64,000 nucleotides of DNA from Sandaracinaceae bacterium (GTDB lineage Bacteria; Myxococcota_A; Polyangia; Polyangiales; Sandaracinaceae). The stretch lies in NCBI GenBank assembly GCA_044220955.1, contig JBGAQA010000002.1:1-64000 (forward strand), written 5' to 3'. Position 1 is the first letter of the stretch. Every line of letters begins with the position of its first letter. Below, piece by piece: positions 27,939-38,364 of this stretch. Under the pieces are notes generated by a model, which was not told the origin of the DNA, made no database searches, and saw only the letters and a program-made list of their open reading frames with translations. A program made the translations under genes and the position numbers.

Positions 27939-29402
27939 ATGCGTGTGCGGCCACTCTTCGCCGTCGTGCTCCTCGGCTCGCTCGCCGTCGCCGCGAGCGT
28001 CCGGGCCGAGCCGCTGCTCACCGGCCTCGGCGGCCCTGCCGACTACGGCCCCGGCAACCTCGCGCCGAACGACGACGGCTACAGCCCCGAGCTCGACATC
28101 ACGGCCGCGTTCCCCTCCGGGCTGCGCTTCTTCGGGATGACCTTCACCTCGCTCTACGTGAACAACAACGGAAACGTCTCGTTCGGAGGCGGGCAGTACA
28201 CGTTCACGCCGCAGGCCTTCCCGGTCTCGGACCTGCGCATGATCGCGGCCTGGTGGGGCGACGTCGACACGCGCGGCACGAGCCGCGGCGGCCCCCCGGC
28301 GCGCAACGGCGTGTACTGGTCCATCACGCCGGGCCGCTTCGTCGCGACCTGGCACAACGTCGGCTACTACGGCTCGCACGACGACCACTGGAACGACTTC
28401 CAGCTCATCCTCACCGCCGCGGGCCCGGGCGCGGGCGACTTCGACGTGGAGTTCCGATACAACCGGTGCGACTGGACGACGGGCGATGCGAGCGGCGGCT
28501 CGGGCGGCTTCGGCGGCACGCCCGCGCAGGCCGGGTTCGACGCGGGCAACCTCCGCGACTACATCGCCCTGCCGGGCTCGCTCACGATGCGCGTGCTCGA
28601 GCTCTGCACGACGTCGAACGTCAGCATCCCGGGCGTGTGGCGCTTCGCGATCCGCAACGGCGAGGTGGGCTGCCCCGGCTACGGAAACCCCTGCCTCACC
28701 GGCCTGCCGGGCGCCTGCGCCGCCGGCACCAACCGCTGCCGCAGCGCGACCGAGACGATCTGCGTGCAGGACGCGATGCCCAGCGAGGACGTGTGCAACG
28801 GCCTCGACGACGACTGCGACGGCTCGGTCGACGAGGCCTTGCCCATCCTCTCGTGCGGCGTCGGCGCGTGCGCGGTCACCCAGCCGAGCTGCGTGGGCGG
28901 CGTCACGCAGGCATGCATCCCCGGCGCGCCCGTGCCCGAGACGTGCAACCGGATCGACGACGACTGCAACGACGCCGTCGACGACATGGCCGATCTCACC
29001 TGCGGCCTCGGCGCCTGTTTCAGCGTCGTGCCCGCGTGCGTCGACGGCGTCGCGGGCGTCTGCACGCCGGGCGTCGCGCACCCCGAGACGTGCAACGGCA
29101 TCGACGACGACTGCAACGGACGCGTCGACGACGGCCTGATGATGTGCATCTCGCCCGACGCGAACCTGCACGACGCCGGACCGCCCGACGCGGGGCGGGT
29201 GGACGCGGGCCCGGACGCGAGCGTCTACCCCGACGGCGGCCGCTGCCGCGGGTGGGACTGCGATCCGTGGAACATCAACGGACGCGCCGGTCCCGGCTGT
29301 GACTGTGCCGTGAGCGGCGCGCGTGGCTCGACGCGAGGCGCGCTGGCCCTGACCCTCGGGGCCCTCGCGCTCGCGCTCGCACGCCGCCGGCGCCATCGAT
29401 GA
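27939..29402 (+). CDS. NIDO-domain surface protein with CNGxDDDC repeats and MYXO-CTERM tail
   Basis: NDDGYS, LYVNNNGNVSF, IAAWWGDVDTR, NDFQLIL; GPGCDCAV + TM + RRRRHR. Confidence 0.85.
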   Translation: MRVRPLFAVVLLGSLAVAASVRAEPLLTGLGGPADYGPGNLAPNDDGYSPELDITAAFPSGLRFFGMTFTSLYVNNNGNVSFGGGQYTFTPQAFPVSDLRMIAAWWGDVDTRGTSRGGPPARNGVYWSITPGRFVATWHNVGYYGSHDDHWNDFQLILTAAGPGAGDFDVEFRYNRCDWTTGDASGGSGGFGGTPAQAGFDAGNLRDYIALPGSLTMRVLELCTTSNVSIPGVWRFAIRNGEVGCPGYGNPCLTGLPGACAAGTNRCRSATETICVQDAMPSEDVCNGLDDDCDGSVDEALPILSCGVGACAVTQPSCVGGVTQACIPGAPVPETCNRIDDDCNDAVDDMADLTCGLGACFSVVPACVDGVAGVCTPGVAHPETCNGIDDDCNGRVDDGLMMCISPDANLHDAGPPDAGRVDAGPDASVYPDGGRCRGWDCDPWNINGRAGPGCDCAVSGARGSTRGALALTLGALALALARRRRHR

Positions 29403-30076
29403 CGTTCACGCCGGTCGCCGAGGGCCTCTGGAACACGGAGCGCGGCCAGAAGTTCTGGGGCGTCGAGTGCGGCACACGGACCACGATCGTGCGCCTGACG
29501 GGCGGCGGCCTCTTCGTGCACTGCCCGGTCGCGCTCGACCGCGCCACGCGCGCCGAGGTGGACGCGCTCGGCGAGGTGCGCGCGGTCGTCGCGTCGAGCC
29601 TCTTCCACCACCTCTACGTCGGCGAGTGGATGCGCGCGTACCCGAAGGCCCTCTTCGCGTGCTGCCCAGGCCTCGAGCGGAAGCGGAGCGAGCTGCCCTT
29701 CAGCCACGTGCTCGGCGACGTGCCGCACCCCGTCTGGGCTGCCGATCTCGAGCAGATCTTCTTCTCGGCCCGCTTCGAGAAGGAGGTCGTGTTCTTCCAC
29801 CGGAAGACCCGCACGATGATCTCGGCCGACGCGATGCTGAACCTCGCCGATCACCCCTCGCGGCGGACGCGGATCGTCGCGCGCTACTTCATGCGCAACA
29901 CGGCCCCCGGCTACGGCTGGATGGAGCGCATCGCCGTGCAGGACTGGCGGCTCGGCCGCCGGCAGGTCGATCGCATCCTCGCCTGGGAGCCCGAGCGCGT
30001 GCTGATCGCGCACGGGGCGCTCGTGACGCACGACGGGACGCGGACGCTGCGCGACGCCTACGCGTTCCTGCCCTGA
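29399..30076 (+). CDS. DUF4336-family protein
   Basis: TRTTIVRL.GG.LFVHCPV, FHHLY, EVVFFHRKTRTMI.AD, IAHG. Confidence 0.8.
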   Translation: MTFTPVAEGLWNTERGQKFWGVECGTRTTIVRLTGGGLFVHCPVALDRATRAEVDALGEVRAVVASSLFHHLYVGEWMRAYPKALFACCPGLERKRSELPFSHVLGDVPHPVWAADLEQIFFSARFEKEVVFFHRKTRTMISADAMLNLADHPSRRTRIVARYFMRNTAPGYGWMERIAVQDWRLGRRQVDRILAWEPERVLIAHGALVTHDGTRTLRDAYAFLP

Positions 30077-30189
30077 GCGGCCTGGGCGCGCCGGCGGCGG
30101 CGGACCGCCGCCACCTCCGCCAGCAGGGACGCGTTTCCTCGGCGATTCTCGCCGATCGTCTCCGGACCACGCCGTGCAGCCTCGGCGGC

Positions 30190-30885
30190 ATGCACCTCTC
30201 ACCGACCGACGACCCCTTCGCGCCCGGCGCGCGTGAGCGCCTCCGCGAGGCCGGCATCGACGCGCTCTCGGACGCGGAGCTCCTCGCGCTCGTGCTCGGG
30301 ACCGGCACCGCGCGCGAGCCGATCCCCGTCCTCTCCGCGCGCCTGCTCGCAGAGGCGGGGGGCCTGCGCGGGCTCGGCCGCCTCGGGCCCGGCGCCCTCG
30401 CGCGGTGCTCGGGGATCGGCGAGGGCAAGGCCGCGCGGCTGGTGGCGGCGCTCGAGCTGGGGCGGCGCGCGGCGAGCCACGTCACCCCCTCGGTCCGGAT
30501 CGCCGCCAGCGCGGACGTGGTCGGCTGGGTCGCCCCGCGGATCGCGCACGCCGAGGTCGAGCACTTCCTCGCGCTCGCGCTCGACGCCCGGCAGCGGGTC
30601 GTCGCCGTCCTCCCGATCGGGCGGGGCACCCTCGCGGCGTGCCCGGTGTCGCCTGCCGACGCGTTCCGCGCGGTGCTGCGCGAGGCGGCCGCCGCCGTCG
30701 TGTTCGTGCACAACCACCCGAGCGGCGATCCGCACCCGAGCCCCGAGGATCTCACCCTCACGACCCGCCTCTGCGCCGCCGGCGCGCTGCTCGGGGTGCG
30801 CGTGCTCGACCACGTGATCGTGACCCGCACGGGCCATTTCTCGTTCCTCGACGCCGGGCTGCTCCGGGGCGACGCGCCTGCTTGA
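30190..30885 (+). CDS. radC: RadC/JAB-domain protein
   Basis: [34 protein letters not shown]. Confidence 0.92.
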   Translation: MHLSPTDDPFAPGARERLREAGIDALSDAELLALVLGTGTAREPIPVLSARLLAEAGGLRGLGRLGPGALARCSGIGEGKAARLVAALELGRRAASHVTPSVRIAASADVVGWVAPRIAHAEVEHFLALALDARQRVVAVLPIGRGTLAACPVSPADAFRAVLREAAAAVVFVHNHPSGDPHPSPEDLTLTTRLCAAGALLGVRVLDHVIVTRTGHFSFLDAGLLRGDAPA

Positions 30886-31006
30886 CCGGACCGGGGCCGC
30901 GTGCTTATTTCCCGCGCTCTTTCGGGGACACCGCGCCTGGCGCGCCCGAAACCAAGCTGATTTCCGCGGGGCATCACGCCCCGTCGCTCGATCGAGGAGC
31001 TCGCCC

Positions 31007-31159
31007 GTGTCCAAGCGCACCTACCAACCCCACAGCACGCGACGCCAGCGCACGCACGGCTTCCGCGCGCGCAACGCCACCAAGAACGGTCGCAAGGTGC
31101 TCAATCGCCGCCGCGCCAAGGGCCGTCACCGGCTCGCGACGCTCGGCTACAAGAAGTAA
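31007..31159 (+). CDS. rpmH: 50S ribosomal protein L34 (missing from the ORF track)
   Basis: GTG start after [49 protein letters not shown]. Confidence 0.97.
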   Translation: MSKRTYQPHSTRRQRTHGFRARNATKNGRKVLNRRRAKGRHRLATLGYKK

Positions 31160-31195
31160 GGCGTCGGCTCCCGGCCGGGGGCCCGTGGACCTCTC

Positions 31196-31645
31196 ATGGG
31201 CGAGCGACTGCTTGCCGGCGATCGCCTGAAGCTGCGCTCCGACTTCCAGCGGGTGCAGACGAAGGGTCGAAAGGTCCACAGCCCGCGATTCCTCTTCCTC
31301 GTGCTCCCGCGCGAGCAGGCAGGCGCCGCGAACCGGCTGGGGATCACGGTGACGCGCAAGGTCGCGAACGCCGTGGGCCGGAACCGAATCAAGCGCGTGC
31401 TGCGCGAGGTGTTCCGGAAGAACCGCACGCTCTTCCCCGCCGGGTGCGACGTGGTCGTCGTCGCCAAGGATCGCGCTCCCGGCCTCGGCTACGAGGACAC
31501 ACGCACCGAGGTCGCCCAGACGTCCACCGCGCTCCACCGCGCAGGCCAAGCAGCCCCCGACCGGACGAGGGGGCCGCGGAATCAAGAGGAGAAGGGTCCG
31601 GTTCGAGGAGGCGGCGAGAAGGAATCGAAGGAGGAGGGCCCGTGA
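31196..31645 (+). CDS. rnpA: Ribonuclease P protein component
   Basis: RLGITVTRKVANAVGRNRIKR; synteny. Confidence 0.95.
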   Translation: MGERLLAGDRLKLRSDFQRVQTKGRKVHSPRFLFLVLPREQAGAANRLGITVTRKVANAVGRNRIKRVLREVFRKNRTLFPAGCDVVVVAKDRAPGLGYEDTRTEVAQTSTALHRAGQAAPDRTRGPRNQEEKGPVRGGGEKESKEEGP

Positions 31646-31920
31646 TCGCGCGTCTGTTCCTCTTCTTCATCCAGATCTATTGGTGGACGCTCTCGCCGAT
31701 CATCGGCGGCGTCTGCCGCTTCCAGCCCACCTGCTCCCGCTACACGGCCACCGCCATCCAGCGCTTCGGCGCGGCTCGAGGAACCTGGCTCGGCGTCAAG
31801 CGCATCTGTCGCTGTCACCCCTTTCACCCCGGAGGCTTCGATCCTCCGCCGGAGCTCCCCCCCAACGTGAAGCCCGTCGTCGACATCGTGGCCAGTCGGA
31901 GCATCTCGCGTGGAGCCTGA
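31642..31920 (+). CDS. yidD: Membrane protein insertion efficiency factor
   Basis: CRFQPTCSRY, RICRCHPFHPGGFDP. Confidence 0.95.
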   Translation: MIARLFLFFIQIYWWTLSPIIGGVCRFQPTCSRYTATAIQRFGAARGTWLGVKRICRCHPFHPGGFDPPPELPPNVKPVVDIVASRSISRGA

Positions 31921-33670
31921 GCAGGGCGGCGGACGCTCGTGGTCGACGATCTTGATCGCCGCCGCGGCGTTCATGGCCGTCTACTACGGCACGCAGTATT
32001 TCTTCGGCGATCAGACGCCCGAGGCGACCGACCTGCCGGAGCACACCGGCATGTCGCCCGAGGAGGTCGCGGCGCACGAGGCCGAGGAGACGGCGCGCCA
32101 CGAGGCGCGGCTCGCGCGCTTGTCGGAGCTGACGATCACGACGGACGAGTTCGAGGCGAGCGTCGACAACCTCGGCGGCGGGCTCACGCACTTCCGCCTG
32201 CTCGGCGAGCGCTTCCACGACGCGGAGGGCCACCCGCAGGATCTCGTCACGACGAGCGACGAGCACTACCGGCCGATGCGCATCTCGCTCCCGGGCGCGC
32301 CCATCCCCGACGACGCGATCTGGCAGCTGCGCCAGGTGAGCCCGACGGAAGTCGAGCTGCGCTGGGCGGGCCAGGGGCTCGAGATCGTGCGCTCGATCTC
32401 GGCGGGCCACGGGCCCTACCAGCTCTGGCAGACGGTGGTCGTGCGCAACGTCGGCCGGGAGGAGCGCCGGACTCCTCTCCACGAGCACACCTACCACTAC
32501 GTCGAGGTGGCGAGCGAGGGCGGCGGCATGTTCGGCGGTCGCTCGCCCAACATCAGCCAGGGCCTGTGCCGCACCGACGGCGAGGTGGTGCGCAAGGATC
32601 ACGAGGCGCTGCAGGACGCGCACGGCTACGGACACGGCATCGACTTCACCGGCGTCGAGAACGTCTATTTCGTGCAGGCGCTGGCGCCGTCCGGCGAGCT
32701 GGCGAGCCGCTGCGGCATGGTCGCGTCCCACCGCGGCGACGACGGCAGCGGTGGCGCCCTCGGAAACCTCTTCGAGTCCACGCTGGAGTACGGCTCGGTC
32801 GACATCGCGCCGGGCGCCGAGCACTCCTGGACGACGCTCGCCTACATCGGTCCCAAGGACTGGCACGGGCTGGAGGCGGCCGGCCACCACCTCCCCGACG
32901 TGGTGAACCTGGGCACCTTCGCCATCATCGCGCGCGTGTTCGCGAACGCGCTCGGATGGCTCTACCAGCACGTGGGCAACTGGGGCCTGGCGATCATCAT
33001 CCTCACGCTCATCGTGAAGATCCTCCTGTTCCCCGTCGTGAACCGGCAGTTCCGCGCGATGGCGCCGATGCGCAAGCTCAAGCCGGAGATGGACCGCATC
33101 AACGCGCAGTTCAAGGACGACATGGAGCAGCGGCAGCGCGAGATCATGCTGCTGTACCAGAAGCACGGGATCAACCCCGCGGCGCAGATGCTCGGCTGCC
33201 TGCCCGTGTTCCTGCAGATGCCGGTGTTCTTCGCGCTCTACACGTCGCTCTCGACGAACATCGAGCTCTACCACCAGCCCTTCGTCCTCTTCTGGACGGA
33301 TCTCTCGGCGCGCGATCCCTACTTCGTGCTGCCGGTGCTCCTCAGCGGGCTGATGTTCGTGCAGCAGAAGCTCATGCCGAACGCCGGCATGGACCCGCAG
33401 CAAGCCAAGATCATGCTCTACATGATGCCCATCATGATGGGCACGTTCATGCTCTTCTTGCCCTCGGGGCTATGCCTCTACATGCTGACGAACAGCGCGC
33501 TCTCGATCGCGCAGCAGCAGCTCAACTTCTGGCGCGCGAACCAGGAAGACGCGCGCAACGCGGCCAGCGCGGCCGCCGCAACCGACATCGCGCCTGCCCC
33601 CGTCACCGGCGGTGACAAGGCAGACGCACGCACGAGCAAGAAGGGCTCGGGGAGAGATCGCCGTGGGTGA
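31910..33670 (+). CDS. yidC: Membrane protein insertase YidC
   Basis: GNWGLAIIILT, GCLP..LQMPVFFALY, DPYFVLP, PSGLCLY. Confidence 0.97.
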   Translation: MEPEQGGGRSWSTILIAAAAFMAVYYGTQYFFGDQTPEATDLPEHTGMSPEEVAAHEAEETARHEARLARLSELTITTDEFEASVDNLGGGLTHFRLLGERFHDAEGHPQDLVTTSDEHYRPMRISLPGAPIPDDAIWQLRQVSPTEVELRWAGQGLEIVRSISAGHGPYQLWQTVVVRNVGREERRTPLHEHTYHYVEVASEGGGMFGGRSPNISQGLCRTDGEVVRKDHEALQDAHGYGHGIDFTGVENVYFVQALAPSGELASRCGMVASHRGDDGSGGALGNLFESTLEYGSVDIAPGAEHSWTTLAYIGPKDWHGLEAAGHHLPDVVNLGTFAIIARVFANALGWLYQHVGNWGLAIIILTLIVKILLFPVVNRQFRAMAPMRKLKPEMDRINAQFKDDMEQRQREIMLLYQKHGINPAAQMLGCLPVFLQMPVFFALYTSLSTNIELYHQPFVLFWTDLSARDPYFVLPVLLSGLMFVQQKLMPNAGMDPQQAKIMLYMMPIMMGTFMLFLPSGLCLYMLTNSALSIAQQQLNFWRANQEDARNAASAAAATDIAPAPVTGGDKADARTSKKGSGRDRRG

Positions 33671-34388
33671 CGAACGCAAGAACGACGAGATGGAAGGCGC
33701 GCTGCTCTTCGACGACGAAGACGAGGGGCGCGGCCGCGGTGGGGACGCGGGCGGCAAGGCGCACTCCACGGGCGCACCTGGCGATGGCAAGGCGGAGGAC
33801 GCGATGGAGTTCCTCTCCGGGCTCATCTACCGCATGGGCCTCTCGGCGCGCGTGACGGTGCGCGAGGACGGCGAGCGTGTCGTGCTCGACGTGGCGGGGC
33901 CGGACGCGGGCCGTGCGATCGGCAAGAAGGGTATGACCCTCGACGCGATGCAGTTCCTCGTGAACAAGGTCGTCAACCGCTTCCCCGACTCGCGCCGCTA
34001 CATCGTCGTCGACTCGGGCGACTACCGCGATCGCCACGACGAGGGGCTCATGAGCCTCGCGCAGCGCGAGGCCAAGCGCGCGGTCGACTCGGGCCGCGTC
34101 GTGACGCTCGAGCCGATGCCCGCGCGCGATCGCCGCGTCATCCACCTCTCGCTCGCGAAGTTCGCGGGCATCTCGACGAAGTCGAGCGGCGAGGGCATCG
34201 GCCGTCGCATCCAGATCATCCCGGCCAACCGCACGGGCGGCGGCGGCGGTGGTGGCGGCGGTCGCGACCGGGATCGTGGGCGCCGGGACGACCGGCCCCG
34301 CGGCCCGCGCCTCGAGCGCGATCGCGACCGGCTCCCGCAGCCCCTGCCGGAAGCGCCGGTCCGCGACGACCCCGACCGCGACGAGTGA
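33663..34388 (+). CDS. jag: Jag/EloR KH-R3H RNA-binding protein
   Basis: IGKKGMTLDAMQFL (KH), RDRRVIH (R3H); synteny. Confidence 0.92.
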   Translation: MGDERKNDEMEGALLFDDEDEGRGRGGDAGGKAHSTGAPGDGKAEDAMEFLSGLIYRMGLSARVTVREDGERVVLDVAGPDAGRAIGKKGMTLDAMQFLVNKVVNRFPDSRRYIVVDSGDYRDRHDEGLMSLAQREAKRAVDSGRVVTLEPMPARDRRVIHLSLAKFAGISTKSSGEGIGRRIQIIPANRTGGGGGGGGGRDRDRGRRDDRPRGPRLERDRDRLPQPLPEAPVRDDPDRDE

Positions 34389-34400
34389 GGGCGGGTACGT

Positions 34401-34790
34401 TCACGCCACCTTCGGCCGCGGGACCTCGCACGACTCGTGGTCACAGCGGCCGGTGATGCGGAGGCGATTGCGCGCGAACCAGGCGTACGCGAGGTCGAGG
34501 CCGCGCGACACCCCGGGTAGTCGGGTGAGTGCGACCGCCGGACCGAGCCCGACCGCCTCGTAGAGCTGGCGGAACACCTCCACTCCCTCGATGAGCTCGC
34601 CGCTCGGCGCCCGCCCGTGGATGCGGGCCATGAGGCGTTCGCGCGAGAGCCCGAGGCTCGCGGGATCGAAGGAGGAGCTCGCGATGTCGGTGAACGTGAT
34701 CGCGCCGGCGAAGTCGAGCCGACGGAGCAGGGCGATCTCGCGCGCGCAGAGCGGGCACGCCCCGTCGAAGTAGACCTCGACGCGGCTCAC
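34401..34790 (-). CDS. DCC1-like thiol-disulfide oxidoreductase (DUF393)
   Basis: YFDGACPLC; YAWFARNR. Confidence 0.88.
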   Translation of the reverse strand: MSRVEVYFDGACPLCAREIALLRRLDFAGAITFTDIASSSFDPASLGLSRERLMARIHGRAPSGELIEGVEVFRQLYEAVGLGPAVALTRLPGVSRGLDLAYAWFARNRLRITGRCDHESCEVPRPKVA

Positions 34791-35449
34791 GCGGCACCGT
34801 CCTCGGGCGGCACTTCGTGCCCGAGCAGGTGCCCCGCGCGGCGCGCCTTCGTCTCGAGGTAGCGGCGGCTGTGCCGCTGCGCGGGGATCTCGTGAGGCAC
34901 GCGCCGCGTCACCGCGACCCCCGCGTCGAGCAGCTGGCGGATCTTGTCCGGGTTGTTCGTCATGAGCGCGATGCTGCGGACGCCGAGCGTGCGCAGCATC
35001 CCCGCGGCCACCCCGTACTCGCGCTCGTCGTCGCGGAACCCGAGCGCGAGGTTCGCGTCGACCGTGTCGAGGCCGGCCTCCTGGAGTCGGTACGCGCGGA
35101 TCTTGTTCACGAGACCGATGCCGCGTCCTTCTTGCCGCAGGTAGAGGACGATGCCGCAGGGCCTCTTGCCGATGGTGTCGAGCGCGCGCTCGAGCTGCGC
35201 GCGGCAGTCGCAGCGGAGCGAGCCGAGCACGTCACCGGTGAGACACTCGGAGTGAATGCGCGTGGGCACGTCGGACGCGCCGAACACGTCGCCGTGCACC
35301 ATCGCGACGTGCTCCCGCGAGTCGCGGTCGTTCCGGAAGACGTAGATCCGGTAGTCGCCGAACTGCGTCGGGAGCTCGGCGGCGCTCGCGATCTCCACGC
35401 GCGCCGGCGGCGCGGCGGTCACGGCTTCGACTCGTTCACGTTGGCTCAT
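34787..35449 (-). CDS. ribA: GTP cyclohydrolase II
   Basis: RIHSECLTGD..SLRCDC, QEGRGIGL, MTNNPDK. Confidence 0.95.
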   Translation of the reverse strand: MSQRERVEAVTAAPPARVEIASAAELPTQFGDYRIYVFRNDRDSREHVAMVHGDVFGASDVPTRIHSECLTGDVLGSLRCDCRAQLERALDTIGKRPCGIVLYLRQEGRGIGLVNKIRAYRLQEAGLDTVDANLALGFRDDEREYGVAAGMLRTLGVRSIALMTNNPDKIRQLLDAGVAVTRRVPHEIPAQRHSRRYLETKARRAGHLLGHEVPPEDGAA

Positions 35450-35518
35450 GGGGCTCCTCGTTCGTTTCCGGGGCCGAGATCCATCTCGGCGCGCCGGCAG
35501 AGACCGCGATCGAGCCTC

Positions 35519-35555
35519 ACTGTGGGAGGTCTGCTAGCTCATGTCAAGGTTTTTT
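35519..35555 (-). promoter_or_regulatory. Sigma70-type promoter of ribA with upstream A-tract
   Basis: Minus strand AAAAAA..TTGACA (35547-35542)-N17-CACAGT. Confidence 0.6.
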
Positions 35556-35748
35556 CTGGACACCGAGGATCGCCCCTGATCGCGCTCGCGTCCGCGGACT
35601 TCGACCTCCACACGCCCCACGACGGGATGGTCACCCCGCACACCTGCGGCGCGACCGACGCTGCGGGCACGCCCGGCCCGGCGCAGACGCTCGTGATGAC
35701 GTCCAGGTCGCGCGACATCCTGGGCGTCTGGCATGCGAACCTCTCCGC

Positions 35749-36492
35749 ATGGCGACGAGGCGCGACGCGAAGAGGCGAGCGGCGGCGGAGCCCGTGCGCC
35801 CTCCGACGTGGCTGGTGGAGATCTACCCGGCGAGCGCCGCGCCGCTCGGGGAGCTCTGGGGGATCGCGATCGCGTCGGACGATGGCGCGCTCTGGCCGGC
35901 CTATCTCGAGGCGCGCGACGAGATCCGAGCCAACGAGGTGCAGGCCAAGCAGGCCAAGACGGTTCGCAGCCAGCTCGGTCGCGCGTCGCACGGGTCGTAC
36001 GTCCCTCACGTGCTCCTCGCCGTCGCGATCGCGCTGCGCGTGGATCGGGCACGCGCCGAGGCGCCGCTCCGCCGAGCGCTCGAGGCCGGCACCGACACGC
36101 CGCACGCTGCGCGTCTCCGCGCCGAGCTCACGGTGCTCGCCGCCCGCCACGTGTGGACTCCGGCCGAGGTCCGCCGCCACGTCCTCGAGGGCGCGCACGC
36201 GTCCATCGACGACGCGCGGCATCCGCCTTCCGTCGCGCACGCGCTCGGCGCCGCGCTCGCCGCTCACGCGGCGATCGGTACGGACGAGCTCGTGGCGCGC
36301 GCGCGCACGCTCGCCACCCAACCGTCGGGCGATCCGGCCGCGCTCTGGGTGGTGGTCGCGGCGCTCGTCGCCCGCGGCGTCGCGCCGACGACGCTCGCGG
36401 AGCTCCAGGCCGCGACGCTCGCGTCGCGCGACGCCGCGTGGTCGCCGCTGGTCCGCGCCACGTTCGCGGCGATGCGCCGCTGGAGGCCCTGA
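35749..36492 (+). CDS. Hypothetical helical protein
   Basis: Protein-like composition and GC3 bias; no motif recognised. Confidence 0.55.
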   Translation: MATRRDAKRRAAAEPVRPPTWLVEIYPASAAPLGELWGIAIASDDGALWPAYLEARDEIRANEVQAKQAKTVRSQLGRASHGSYVPHVLLAVAIALRVDRARAEAPLRRALEAGTDTPHAARLRAELTVLAARHVWTPAEVRRHVLEGAHASIDDARHPPSVAHALGAALAAHAAIGTDELVARARTLATQPSGDPAALWVVVAALVARGVAPTTLAELQAATLASRDAAWSPLVRATFAAMRRWRP

Positions 36493-36705
36493 CGCCCACC
36501 GTGAGCCCGCGTCGACGGCGCACACGGCGCGCGCGCGCATCACGATCGCCGGGCCCATCGACGAGCGGCTCGTCGCCGTCTCCGACCGAATGCCGGCGCG
36601 GAAGACCGCGTGCGGCTGCCGCGCACGGGCCGGTGACGCGGGGGCGTTCGTGCGGAGCCAGGCGCTCCTACGCGATCGGCCTGGGGGGCGCTACCATCGC
36701 GACCC

Positions 36706-38364
36706 ATGACGCGCCTCACCGACGAACCGACGTACCGCGCGCTCGCCGCGCACAGGCAGACCCTCGAGGGCTTCTCGATCGCCCGGGCGCTGGGCGATCC
36801 AGCTCGCGTGGCGAAGATGACCCGCTCGCACGAGGATCTGCGCGCCGACTTCAGCAAGTCGCTCGCGACGCCCGAGACGATGGCGGCGCTGCTCGCGCTC
36901 GCCGAGGCCCGCGGGCTCCGCGCGCGCATCGAGGCGATGTTCTCGGGCGAGAAGATCAACGTCACGGAGAAGCGCGCGGTGCTGCACGTCGCGCTGCGCA
37001 ACCGGAGCGCGAGGCCCATCGCCGTCGACGGCAAGGACGTGATGCCCGACGTGCGCGCGGTGCTCGCCAAGATCCGGGGCTTCGTGGATCGCGTGCAGTC
37101 CGGCGCGTGGAAGGGCGCGACCGGCGCGGAGATCACGGACGTCGTGAACATCGGCATCGGCGGCTCCGATCTCGGACCGCTCATGGCGTGCGAGGCGCTC
37201 GAGACCTGCTGGCACCCGCGGATCACGCCGCACTTCGTCTCGAACGTCGACGGCGCGCACCTCGGCCGGACGATCAAGCGCCTCAGGCCGGAGACGACGC
37301 TCTTCGTCGTCGCGAGCAAGACCTTCACGACCGAGGAGACCCTCGCGAACGCGCGCTCGGCGCGCGGCTGGCTCACCAGGGCGCTCGGCGAGGCGGCCGT
37401 GGCGAAGCACTTCGTGGCGGTGTCGACCAACGCCAAGGAGGTCGCCGCGTTCGGCATCGACGTCGCGAACATGTTCGAGTTCTGGGACTGGGTCGGCGGT
37501 CGCTACTCGCTCTGGAGCGCGATCGGCCTCTCGATCGCGCTGGCGGTCGGCATGGATCACTTCGAGGCGATGCTCGAGGGCGGTCACGCGATGGACGAGC
37601 ACTTCCGCACGACGAGGCTCGAGGACAACCTGCCGGTGCTCCTCGGGCTCCTCGGCGTGTGGCACGCGCACTTCTGGAACGCGGACACGTTCGCGGTGCT
37701 GCCCTACGACCAGTCGCTGCACCGCTTCGCGGCGTACCTGCAGCAGGGCGACATGGAGTCGAACGGCAAGGGCGTGACGCTCGAGGGCGAGCGCGTCGGC
37801 TGGGACACGGGGCCCATCGTCTGGGGCGAGCCCGGCACGAACGGGCAGCACGCCTTCTATCAGCTGATCCACCAGGGCACGCGCCTGGTGCCGCTCGACT
37901 TCCTCGCGCCGATGCGCACGCACTACCCGCTCGAGGGCTACGCCGGCATCGATCACCACGCGATCCTGCTCGCGAACGTCGTCGCGCAGAGCGAGGCGCT
38001 GGCGCTCGGCAAGACCGAGGAGCAGGCCGCGGCCGAGCTGCGCAAGGGCGGGCTGGCCGAGGACGAGGTGGCGCGACTCGCCCCGCACAAGGTCTTCACG
38101 GGCAACCGCCCGAGCAACGTGATCTTCTTCGACGAGCTGACGCCGCGCACGCTCGGAAAGCTGATCGCCCTCTACGAGCACCGGATCTTCGTCCAGGGCG
38201 TGGTCTTCGGGATCAACAGCTTCGACCAGTGGGGCGTCGAGCTCGGCAAGCAGCTCGCCAAGACGGTGCTCGGGGAGCTCAAGGGCGGCGCGCCGCAGCC
38301 GCACGACGCCTCGACGCTCGCGCTGCTCGCCGAGATCGCGACCCGCCGACGCGGCCGGACGTGA
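36706..38364 (+). CDS. pgi: Glucose-6-phosphate isomerase
   Basis: [36 protein letters not shown]. Confidence 0.98.
   Translation: MTRLTDEPTYRALAAHRQTLEGFSIARALGDPARVAKMTRSHEDLRADFSKSLATPETMAALLALAEARGLRARIEAMFSGEKINVTEKRAVLHVALRNRSARPIAVDGKDVMPDVRAVLAKIRGFVDRVQSGAWKGATGAEITDVVNIGIGGSDLGPLMACEALETCWHPRITPHFVSNVDGAHLGRTIKRLRPETTLFVVASKTFTTEETLANARSARGWLTRALGEAAVAKHFVAVSTNAKEVAAFGIDVANMFEFWDWVGGRYSLWSAIGLSIALAVGMDHFEAMLEGGHAMDEHFRTTRLEDNLPVLLGLLGVWHAHFWNADTFAVLPYDQSLHRFAAYLQQGDMESNGKGVTLEGERVGWDTGPIVWGEPGTNGQHAFYQLIHQGTRLVPLDFLAPMRTHYPLEGYAGIDHHAILLANVVAQSEALALGKTEEQAAAELRKGGLAEDEVARLAPHKVFTGNRPSNVIFFDELTPRTLGKLIALYEHRIFVQGVVFGINSFDQWGVELGKQLAKTVLGELKGGAPQPHDASTLALLAEIATRRRGRT

Noticed and set aside
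30190..30885. radC as a marker of a mobile or anti-defence element
   Set aside because: Full-length chromosomal type with N-terminal HhH region next to housekeeping genes; no integrase or att sites seen
35450..35520. FMN riboswitch upstream of ribA
   Set aside because: Predicted leader is only ~60 nt and lacks recognisable RFN conserved motifs
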